Below are positions 23,041 to 48,015 of a stretch of DNA of 48,015 nucleotides, piece by piece. Both the position numbers and the translations under genes were made by a program. The notes beneath the pieces were generated by a model. The model was not told the DNA's origin. It saw only the letters and a program-made list of their open reading frames with translations, and ran no database searches. The DNA comes from Macrostomum lignano (Eukaryota). The stretch spans positions 1-48,015 of the forward strand of contig NIVC01004380.1 in NCBI GenBank assembly GCA_002269645.1, in the 5' to 3' direction. Numbering within the stretch: the first letter of the stretch is position 1; each line of letters begins with the position of its first letter.

Positions 23041-23650
23041 CAGCTTCCTTCACTCTGAAGGTGACTCTCCCTGATTTGTCAATGGACTGAGTCACTCCTG
23101 CCTCCTGCTGCTTTCGCTTGTTAATAAACTCAGGGATTCGGTACACCTTGCCTACAGACCGACTGGGCTCTTGCTGGGCAGCATCTTCATCGTCAGACCA
23201 CAGGTTAATGAGCAACTCACCGGGATTCTTTGACGTCGCAGGCCTTCGCTGAAGTTGGCTGACTTCCGCCTGAAGCAGAGCGGCCTCCTTGCGTAGCTTT
23301 AGCAGTCGGAGCTGCTTCTCAGCCTCCACCAGCTCGTCGTCTAGGCCGCCAGCCGCGTCAGACTCTTGACCATGTTGTACCGACTCGTTCGCGATAAAAG
23401 GCAGTTGCCTCTCCGCCGTAGCGCCGTTTCTTCTTTCACGCGTCGTCACTGTGGCAGCTTCATCTTGCTCCTCGTCCTCGTCGTCTGCATTCTCAAGATC
23501 GGAGGCGATGCGCACGAGGTGCGCCCTCAGCCGCATTAAAAGTTCACATTTTCTGCCTTGTGTTGAAAGCCCTAGGCTCTGAAGCTTCTCACGTAGCGCC
23601 CTTACAGTGCTAGGCGCTTCGGATGCAACTGGCTCGTTAGGGTTTGGCAT
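22952..23650 (-). CDS. gag-like ORF1 with N-terminal SAP-like motif, 3'-truncated
   Basis: TVRALREKLQSLGLSTQGRKCELLMRL (SAP pattern), acidic stretch and coiled coil; ATG directly after repeat A1. Confidence 0.68.
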   Translation of the reverse strand: MPNPNEPVASEAPSTVRALREKLQSLGLSTQGRKCELLMRLRAHLVRIASDLENADDEDEEQDEAATVTTRERRNGATAERQLPFIANESVQHGQESDAAGGLDDELVEAEKQLRLLKLRKEAALLQAEVSQLQRRPATSKNPGELLINLWSDDEDAAQQEPSRSVGKVYRIPEFINKRKQQEAGVTQSIDKSGRVTFRVKEAVEAAAVAELQSSCGDGIRCVRQRWCGAAA

Positions 23651-23851
23651 GATTGTGCAAAAAACTCAAGCGGAGAGCTGCGCGCAAATTGAGTCAGAAA
23701 ACGCGGTGAGAGGCTCACCTAAAAAGGCTAGCAGGCGGAGGGGGGGTGGGGGCCAGCCCCCACCCCACACAGATGCACAGAGACAGCAAAGGGGGCGGGC
23801 TGATCACTAAAGCCGGTTTGCACAGGCGCAAGCACCCATGCAAACCAAAGC

Positions 23852-24241
23852 ATTCTCGTCCTCGTCTACTTCTTCTTTCTTCTCTTCTTCCTGGCTGCGA
23901 GGTCGTTTAGCAGGTGGCTTCAAGTCGTTCTCGACGTTGACAAACAACATTTTCTCCTGCTCCTGCACCAGGGTTTCCAGTTGGTCACATTCCCTCTTCT
24001 TGAGCTCTAGTTTGGCCTCTGTGTCGGCCAGTCGCTTCTTGTAGTCGTCCAGTTCTTGCTGTTGCTCTGCTACGACTTCAGCAAGTGATGCCTTGCTCTT
24101 TGCTTCATGCAGTGATGTCTCGTGCTCCTCCCGTATCATTTCAGACGTCAATTTAAAAAATGTATTCAAGTGCTGCTCCATGGCTCTTTTCTGCTTCTCA
24201 AACTTTTCTAGGTTGCTGTCGGATTGTGTTTGATGAGCCAT
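23852..24241 (-). CDS. Coiled-coil ORF (133 aa when restored), interrupted by the Ngaro element 3 codons before its stop
   Basis: E/K/Q-rich heptads and KPPAKRPR. Removing 20667-23854 gives ...EDEN-RRE* with the stop at 20652-20654. Confidence 0.55.
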
Positions 24242-25407
24242 ATTATTCGGAAAAATGGAACTCTGGAATGAATGGATGCATAAATCAAAGAAATATTAAT
24301 AACTGCAAGTTCCTGCTTTTCTTGTCTGCTAAAATCAATGCACAATGGCGTATATTTGACCACGCCTGCGGGCATACAGCAGTTCATTAGTTGAATTTAA
24401 AAAACTTAGAAACTCAAGAACTTACTATAGAAAGAAATAAAGACAAAGACTTCATTGGCGGGTGCGCAGGATACTCTCTAAAAGTGAGACGCCGATGTCG
24501 ACAATTCCAGACAAACTTGCATAGCTAATCTAGAATGCTGTGTACGATTAAAATTTTTACTGGCAAAGGTATGACCTAGTCATAGCTGTATTATTCCCCC
24601 TCAATCAGTTGGAATCCTGAGCACCCTGAGTAACATGAGGTGTTTTATTTATAAATTATAGAAAAACTACATTAGATTACACAGTGCACAGCAGGGAAAC
24701 AGGAACAGTTAAAATAATTACGGAACAAAATGGAAGAGAAAAAAGTCTTCCTGTAAATGTCAAAGTAGGTTGTGGATTTTTTTAAATATCGGGGCTTTCC
24801 ATTAACTCTTGCTAAATAAAGGACAGCTTTTTCCAAGCAAATATGCAATAGTTGTAAGTCTGAGTAACAAAACTAAGATTTCTTTTATTCAAGTAATTTT
24901 ATTTAAGAAGACATCATTGGGGTGCGTAGGAAACGACCAAATTAAAGGGATAGTGCAAGGACAGCTCTTTATTTAGCTAAGTAAATGTTAATTTGGAATT
25001 CATGTGCATTTTATGTCTTACCATTACTTATGCTTGTTACTAATAGCCTATGAATCGACCGGCTCGTTTGTATTCTGAATCCTGCGCACCCGGAGTACAG
25101 TATGGCATACATTTGTTTGAAGCAATGCAGTTAGCTACATTGTAGGGATAAATTGAACATTTAAATGGGTTAATAGTATGGGTGAAAAATAAAATGCTTA
25201 ACATAAATAACTTCGAATGGAACTTTGTGCATTAAAAACAATCTGAAAAGTAAATAGCTTATGGGCATGGCAACTATCTTAATTGCTAAGCGCCTGAGCC
25301 TTCTTAGAAGCTCTCCTTATACTAAAATATAATAGCTATCTGTAATTCAATCAGCGCAATTCTGTCAGTCGAACAGTTCCGAGACTACTCTAGAATTTAT
25401 GTTACAC

Positions 25408-25665
25408 AATTATCACTCACAATTTATCACTCTCATAATTTATCACTCTCATAATTGATCACTCTCATAATCTATTACTCTCATAATTTATCGCTCTCAT
25501 AATTGATCACTCTCATAATCTATTACTCTCATAATTTATCGCTCTCATAATTTATCACTATTATTATAATTTGTCACTCTCATAAATATCACTTTCATAA
25601 TTTGTCACTGTCTTAATTTGTCACTCATAATTTATCACTCTCATAATTTGTAATACTGTCACTCT
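25408..25665 (+). repeat. 16-bp minisatellite (ATAATTTATCACTCTC)n, ~15 degenerate copies
   Basis: Directly visible, downstream of the RepHel stop. Confidence 0.92.
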
Positions 25666-25747
25666 TCATACTAAATTTCTGTCATCCTGCCTAGGATTTT
25701 TCGATACAAATTAGTTCAGTAATAATTCAGTTCAGTCATTGCCCCAA

Positions 25748-28700
25748 TCAGTTCTGCTTGCCGATGAGCTGGCGCAGAACAATGTTTCTCGTCCGTCCGC
25801 CTGGAGCCCGAACTTGAACGCCATCGGCACTCCGCGCACGACTCAGAGCCACGTAGAGCTGGCCATGCTGAAAGCAGGCCGTCGCCAGGTCGACGGCGTA
25901 GGTGCTCAGCGTCTGGCCTTGGCTACGGTGGATGGTCATGGCGAAGCACAGCCGGATCGGGAACTGCAGGCGGCGGAAGGTGAAGGGCAGCTCGGTTGGA
26001 CTCGGCTCCTGAGGGATCCGCGGGATGAAAACCTGCCGCCCGCGGTAGACGCCCGTGGCGACCTCCGCGAGCAGGACGTTGTCCCGCAGTTCGCGCAGCA
26101 GCAGCCGGGTCCCGTTGCACAGCAGCGGAGGGTCCAAGTTCCTGGTCATCATGACCGGCATGCCGACCTTCAGCTCTAGCCGGTGATGTGGCAGGCCGTT
26201 GGGGTCCAGCCGGTTCAGCAGCTCCGGCGGGAAGTTGGTCGCTGCCGTGTCGTCATTCGGAATCGAGTCGACCGACAGGTAGACCCGACTCTCGCCGGGG
26301 AAGAGCGCCAAGCAGGCGGCGTTGGCTTCGTCTACCGTCTTGTTGAGCGGTGATAAAATGCTCCGCTCCGCGAACATCTGGTCACGGTCGGGGCTGGGCT
26401 CAAACGACGGGTAGACGTGTTGGATGAGCTGCTCAGTAGTTGTGTCATCAGGCATGAGAATCTCGCTAGGCAAGGAAACCATGCCCTCTTCATCCTCTGG
26501 CAGCTCGCCGTTGCCAACCTAGCAGATAGAGTGATATGCGAAAGTGCATTATAATTTAATATTTTTACTGATCCTATGGGTTCCTATAGGTTAATGTAAA
26601 AATACCATATTTAGTTTTTAAGTTTTAATATTTTGATTTGATAAATACGATATGTATTGACACGGCATAATACGAAGGAGCATCAAAAGAGATCAATCAC
26701 CTGCACGAGAAAATCTGCGTAGCCCTGGAAAGCAGAACCGCTCTCCAACCGCAGATTTTTTGTCAGATTGTGCCTTCGGAAGTGCGGCCACAACTCCGAC
26801 CGAGTCAAACAGGCCTCGATGGTGTTGGCATGCGTTCCTCCGGGAACCACAGCCAGCAGCTGGCGAAAGTCGCCAGCCAGCACCAGCAGCGCTCCTCCGA
26901 ACGGCCGGTCGTTGCGCAGCAGATCCCGCAGAGACCGCTCGACCATCTCCAGGTCCTTGCGGTGCGTCATTGGCGCTTCGTCCCAAACAAGGAGCCGCGT
27001 GTCCCGCAGCATCTCAGCCAGCTTGCTCCGTCGGCCGATGGAACAGAAGGCATTGTCAAGACGCACCGCGCTGACGGGAATCTTGAACCTGGGCAGGTTG
27101 AAACAGCATTTATATGCAGAGACAATAGTATAATTTGCAGAAGTACTGCATGTACATGTAAGCATGATCTTAAAAGAAAAATACAGAAATGGCTTATCCT
27201 CTAAAAATATTTGATGTCATTCAAGTTATAATCAAGTTTAAATAAAAAATCCAAGTTATTTTGACATTTTAATTTCTTAGTAAACAGTTTTTTAAAGATT
27301 TTAAAGACAACTCACATGGAATGTGCGGTCCTTCCCCCGGGAAGAATGGTTGCCGCAGTTCCAGACGACGCCACGGCAACAGCGATCTGACGCCTTGCTC
27401 GAACGCAGTTCAGCAGCAACGTCAGCAAGAACGTCTTTCCTGTTCCGCCGGGGGCATCGATAAAATGCAGTCCACCGCCACCGGTCTCCAGATTGGACTG
27501 CACGGCCTCAAAAATCATTCGCTGCTCTTCAGTAAGCATGCCGATCTGGGCCTGGACTTCCGCGTGGAGCTCAGCGGCTTCTTGCGGTGTCGGCAGGCAG
27601 TCGGAATGCTGGCGACTCTGAGAAAATAAATTCAACTTTCAGCGTTCAAGTTCAAGTGCGCTTTCGATATGGATTTCTGATAATACTAAATAAAGATTAA
27701 AGGAAATTCACCTGATCTGGCTGAACATGAGGCTCAGGCAGTCCGTAGGCAGGCAGCTCAGCGCCTCCCATGGTGTTCAGCAGTTTCTGCAGCTCTCGCA
27801 GAACCTCCGACTCGGCAGCCTCAGGGCTATAGCCTTGGTGCAGCAGATCACCGGCCAACTCGCCGGAGAACTCCTGCCACAGCTTTGCCGGGTCGCTGGA
27901 GTCGCCGTGCGACAGAATGGCAGCGAAAAGGCGGCGCAGAGCCGCTGGCAGCCGCGTCTCCGAGGCTTCGCACAGGCACAGTCGCCAGTGCCTGTCGTCC
28001 TCCAGGAGTCCGCGGGCCTGGCAGGCGGCCTTGAAAGTCGGCAGCAGGACGCCGTCTACGGTGCGCAACGCCTCAAACGACGTCGGGCCGCGCATATTCA
28101 CCAGCAGCAGTCGCAGGTAGAAACAGTCTCCCATCCGAGGGCTGACTGTATAGACGCGGCCGATGTTGCCAGTCGTCAGCACGCCAGCTGGCTGATCAGC
28201 AGCGACTCGGCCGCGACCTGCGCGATGCCACTGGTGCGCACTTCTGTCCCAGGTGAAGTGCCGGGGCACCTCCTGGTACAGCAGGCCTCGTGCAACGGCA
28301 TCCTGGCGGCAGAGCTGCGAGATTAAGATTTTGATAAGAGAATTAAAAGTCACAGTTGACATTTTAAACTATATTTTACCAATATGAGGTCTTTATTTTC
28401 AGAAATAACTTACATAAAAAAAGGCGGTCAACGTCGTGGGCTTAGGCTGAGCAGCAACAGCCTGAGCTGTCTCGGGCGTGAAGCAGACGCGCTGGTCGTC
28501 CTTCAGATGAACGGCCAGCCTGATGACAGCCGGATACCGACTGTGCACTTCAAAGCCCAAGATGGTGTTAACCGCCTCCATAGGACCAATGTACCGGCCC
28601 AGAAGGTACTCCTTGATCTCATCGACCTCCTTGCGCTTCGCCGGCGCCGCCTTAGTCTGAGCTGACTGCTGGGGCTGCTGATCGCCACTGGCCTGAAGAG

Positions 28701-31700
28701 CCGCCGCATCGCTAGCCGTAGCAGCATGGCTGTTGGCCTTCGCAGCAGCAGCAGCAGCAGCTAGGTCCTTCCGGACTTGGAATGTCGCCATGTCGCTGCC
28801 CTTAGTTATGTACTTGACGACGTACTTTATCGCCTTGACTGTCGCGCAGATCTCGACGTTCAGGTGACACCTAAACTCGCGCAGCAGCGCAGGGCAGTAC
28901 GGCACTACCCAGCGGTTGTCAAAGGTGAAATTCGCCTTGTGACCGCCGCGCAGCTTTGCCACCTTCGTCACCGAGAAGCCGCCCATCTCGGTTGATCTGC
29001 GACGATAGTGCGGGTAGCCGTCCTCCTGAATCATGGTGACTGCCTGGAACTCTCTCGGATAGCGCTTGCTGCATGCGCCATTCTCCATGCACGACGCGGC
29101 TGGATTCAGCTGCATTCCACAGGGACCATGCAGGAGATTCTCAGCGACCAGCTTGTGCAGGTCCGCGTTGGCAACGGGATCCGGGAGTTCTGCACTGATG
29201 ATGGCGTCATACTGATCCGGCTTCAGCTTGACAGCCAACCAAAGCAGTGCGTGCACGTGGGGAAGACCTATTTGGAGTAGGATTTGGTTCATAACTTAAA
29301 AGTTTGTTTAATCCAGACATGATCAGCAAATATAACTAACATTTAATTGTCTCTAGGAATAGCGTTTTAACAATCTTGTTAGTACGGATATTAATTATGC
29401 AATAAATATTGGCATGATAGTAGTTACCTCGCTTCTGGTACTCGAGAGCGCAGACTCGAGCCAACGTGTCCCCAAACAGACTCTTGAGCCTGTCGAGGAA
29501 GGCCTTCTTCTTCAGCTCGAACACCCGGGCGGTGATGTCCGGCCGATCCATGGCAGTTTGGCCAGGCAGCAGCTCAGCAAGGATCTCAGGCCACTTCGGG
29601 TTACACGTCATCGTCAGGAACAGGTCTGGGCGGCCGAAGGCGTGCACATACGCCATGGCATCCTGCTGACGTTCCAGACGGTACCGAGGGCCACCGACGT
29701 AGCTAGACGTCAGGATGACGTGGTTCCCGATGTCGATCCCCATTGGGTCGATCTCACTCGGGTCCCCGTCATTCGCGTGGAGGGCGTCTCGCAATCCGCG
29801 CAGGCGCTCTGACAGCAGATCCTTCTGGTGCAGCCGGATGTAGTTGAGCCTCTCTGACTCAATCTTGGCAGCCTGGTCGACCAGATACTGCTGGAACAGC
29901 CGGCCTCCATAGTGCAGGCTGTTGAACTGGCCTGGGCGCACCTGGATCATGAAGGCGTAATACTTCATGATAGTGATGCCACGATCCTGCTTGAGTCCGA
30001 TGCTCCAGCCGTCCTCACCAAATGGGAACAGCAGGACGTACTCCAAGGGATCGTAGGAGCGGTGGGTGTCCCAGATGGTCTGGAGGCCTGTGAATCGAAA
30101 ATGATCGATGGGCGAATTCGTCTTTTCTTAATGAAAATACAGCAATTACTACATCTGAACTACATGAACTGAATTAAACCTGAATATGCGAATTCACACA
30201 AAAGCAAGCGATAAAAATTTGCTTCAATATTTAAGGGATACATGTGGCATTAGCGATATATAATTGTACATCTGATTCTCATATAAAGAAGCGGAAAGTC
30301 AGTCTCTTGGAAAATGATTTGATGCTTTTATTAACAAATAAAAATAAGTTTAAAATATATTTCGGGATGCAGAACTCACCACCGCCCCTCAGACGCAAAA
30401 TAACGTCCCGCCGTCGCGTCTGGGCTGCGCCTTCGGTATCGTCAAGGTCCGTCAGGATGCCGACTTCACTGCACTCGGGCAAATTGAAGCGTCTGGCATG
30501 CTCCCCTGATGGACGGGCATCAGGGTTGATGACGACCTTGGCGCTTTGCAGCTGAGGGTCGTTGCGGAGCACGTCAACGGCGGACTTGAGGCTACGCACG
30601 TAGCCGTTGCACGCATGCAGCATGGCTTGCAGCTCTTCCAGCACACGACCATTCAGTCCGGTGGCCCACTGCAGCCGAGTTTGCAGCTCCTGGTCCACAA
30701 AAAAAGACCTGGCAGAACCTGGCCTCATCCCCCGGATCCGGCAACAGGCTGCCGATCCGATGGTGCATCTGACCATGGAGGATGAAGCTCGGGTTCCAGC
30801 CGGGCTGCTAATGCTGCTTGGCACCCAGCGACGTCATGTGGAGCGCGCCATTGTACTTCCTGATGTCCTTCAGGAACTGCGAGCTGTCCGGGTGCTGGCC
30901 AGTCAGAAGCCGCTTCAGGACATCAGGGGGGTCACGGCGGGGCTCCAGGACGGTCTGAGTTGAATTAAAGTAAAAATTAAAGTTGAAAAGTTGAATTTAT
31001 CACTTTATGGTAGTGGCTTGTTTGTGAACCCAACTTTAGATTACGTGTAGCATTTAGTGTATCGCCTTTAGCTTCTTAGATTTCAAAGAAATATTAGATT
31101 TCTTAGCTTTATGTGAAGTCGGGCTGTACCGGGTTTTATACAGTAAAATTAATTTTATACAAAGATCGGCATAAAAAGGCATCAATGAGGCACCAATTCG
31201 AGTACACTAAATAAAAAATGTCAACTCACCTTTCCAGCACGGCAGCAAATGCTAGCTGGCTCGTCCTTCCAGCGTAGCGCGCTGCAGTGCGGACATTGGC
31301 GGTCCATGCGACCGAGCACATGTAGCTGGTGTGCCAGCTCCAGCAGCCTGTGGCAATGAAAGAAAGAGCATTTTAATCATGGCTCCTTCTTGAAAATCCA
31401 GATCTACATGCAGAAATTTTAATAGTCTCAGATAATGAGCAGCCGCACATAAGGTGACCAGACATTTCATCAAATATACCTTTTCGTTAAATAGTCAGTT
31501 TGTCATTTCGTCAAATAGTGTGGTAAATAGAAGTGTGCATGGAAAAGAAGTATAACGCTTGTTTAAAGGGAAGTGTTTCTAAGAAAAACATATTTTAATT
31601 TTAAAAAACTTCTTTTCGAAGCAAATCCATTCTATCTTAGAAACCCATCGCTTAAAGCAAATCCATTATTTCTTAGAAACCTTTCTTAGAATTATCTTAA

Positions 31701-32391
31701 CTTAGCAGGAAATTATATGACTTACTTAGAAAACTATTTTAACTTAAATTTAAAATAAAAAAGGGCTCTATTTTATCAATCGATTGACGAAATGACCAAA
31801 TGACTGTTTGAATAGCGAAATAAAATATAAGAACCCCTTATACCTGTCTCGGCGCCAATCTGCCTGTGCGTGTAGACGGCCTTCGCGGTCGTCAGCAGAC
31901 TCAGCTCCGCGATGCGCACTCTGGCGCTGCCGCTGCGCCTCCAAGCGACGCAGATGGACCGCCTCGGCCTCCGCTTTACGGCATTCAGCTGTGCGCAGTC
32001 GATCCGCCTCAAGGCGATGCTGGCGATCAACTTCGCCTTCAGCCTCACGGCATTCGGCTGTGCGCAGTCGATCCGCCTCAAGGCGATGCTGGCGCTCAAC
32101 TTCGCCTTCAGTCTCACGGCATTCGGCTGTGTGCAGTCAGTCGAGTCGCCTCAAGGCGATGCTGGCGCTCAACTTCGCCTTCAGCCTCACGGCATTCGGC
32201 TGTGCGCAGTCGAGTCGCCTCAAGGCGATGCTGGCGCTCAACTTCGCCTTCAGCCTCACGGCATTCGGCTGTGCGCAGTCGAGTCGCCTCAGGCGATGCT
32301 GGCGCTCGTCGGGTGTCTCCGACGCCCTGCGCTTCTTGGCTGCCGATGCAGCGCGCGTTGAACGGGAAATATTTCCGCGTTTCGGTGGCAT
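25748..32391 (-). CDS. Helitron Rep (HUH)-PIF1 helicase, 9 exons, probable frameshifts in exons 1 and 3
   Basis: Exons 32391-31844, 31347-31230, 30954-30380, 30087-29427, 29267-28414, 28314-27712, 27617-27316, 27088-26701, 26518-25748, all GT-AG. Motifs: MPPKR; CPHC..CC..GK; FGRPDLFLTMTCNPKW; EYQKRG|LPHVH; KYVVKYITKG; DAPGGTGKT; WDEAPM; GDFRQL; LCNGTRL; FAMTIHRSQGQT; HGQLYVALSR. Confidence 0.93.
31975..32300 (-). repeat. 69-bp coding tandem repeat in the RepHel N-terminus (EATRLRTAECREAEGEVERQHRL)
   Basis: 4-5 near-identical copies; one copy lacks a base (~32290). Confidence 0.85.
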
Positions 32392-33106
32392 TTTAAGGAA
32401 ATAGTAAATAGAAAAGGAAAAAAAGAGCAAAAATATGCAAATAGCAAAATCAGCAAATCAGATTTGAGAAATCTGTTATATGGAAAGAAAAAAACCTGAA
32501 TAGAAAATTCGCCTCTTTAAGAAGCGCCCATAGTGTACACGATTTTTCGTCAGTAAAATAATCAATAAAAAAGAGCCTCAAGAGCCCACCAGTCTGTCCG
32601 CCCAGCCAATGCAAGGGGCTGACTAAACGCGCCGATAATAAAACCAATCGAATCTCGACACAGTATATCTGTTTACACTGTACAACTGCTATGTACACTC
32701 AGCCCAAGCCCTACCCCCCAGTCTGGGGGAATCATTAAATTGAACTTAACCCCCCAACACGCGGGGGGTTTTATTTGCATTGAACGCAGAACACGCGCAC
32801 CCACCACCCCTCAATACACAGCGGCCCGCGGGCGGAGGTTGGGGTGGCTATTTTTACAAACTGGCTGCAGCCCCAGGCAGAGTGGCCAAAGAAGGTTATT
32901 GGGGGGTTAAAAAAGCAGTTTTCTGCTTTTTAAGGGATGTTAAAATTGGAAAATTAAAAATTAAAATAGCCTAAAGCCTGCTCCGGAAAATTTGCAGTTT
33001 TCCAATATAAGTTTCAACGCTGACTTGGCAGAATTGTAGGAGTTCACTTGCTACATACATACATACATACAGACAGACAAACATCGCTAGAGTTTTAGTA
33101 TAAGGA

Positions 33107-48015
<14,909 letters not shown>

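Larger units (their letters stand above)
20667..23854 (-). mobile_element. Ngaro/DIRS-group tyrosine-recombinase retrotransposon, RT deleted, split direct repeats
   Basis: Sense order A1(23659-23854)-gag-RH-YR-B-A-C-B-A-C-B with a ~357-bp terminal period; no TSD; a shared 'att' at both junctions. Confidence 0.85.
19587..33106 (-). mobile_element. Large Helitron (RepHel-encoding) with nested elements and cargo; the 3' boundary is inferred
   Basis: 5' TCCTTATACTAAAA at 33106, and its first ~500 bp match the 5' ends of the array monomers. At 19587 is the same hairpin (CTCCTCC-loop-GGAGGAG) + CTCG end found on the monomers. An alternative 3' end near 25290-25330 cannot be excluded. Confidence 0.6.

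Noticed and set aside
26760-30963. Plus-strand ORFs overlapping RepHel exons
   Set aside because: Antisense shadows of GC-rich coding exons.

Overview
Eukaryotic (animal-type) repeat-rich DNA; no host housekeeping gene, rRNA, tRNA or CRISPR is visible. (1) 1-~9677 is the end of an endogenous DNA-virus-like element. It carries the N-terminal half of a Maverick/adintovirus-type PolB running off the left edge, a TBP-like domain fused to a deoxynucleoside kinase, a putative OB-fold SSB, a predicted 9-exon gene, a small coiled-coil/TM protein and a Gypsy-gag-like ORF. Several of these genes only make sense after removing short canonical GT-AG introns, and the frameshifts mostly fall in G/C runs. 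(2) ~9677-48015 reads as a head-to-tail chain of minus-strand Helitron-family units. Two related non-autonomous copies carry a 2.1-kb foldback element and a young gag-less Gypsy LTR element, respectively. A ~13.5-kb element encodes a 9-exon Rep/PIF1 helicase and contains a hAT MITE, an RT-deleted Ngaro/DIRS element and a coiled-coil cargo ORF. The last 15 kb is an array of ~1.8-2.8-kb monomers with a period-3 higher-order structure, each carrying a short (TTAGGG)n block. All calls come from manual reading and motif recall; no searches or alignments were run. Host identity is unknown (flatworm-like is only an impression).
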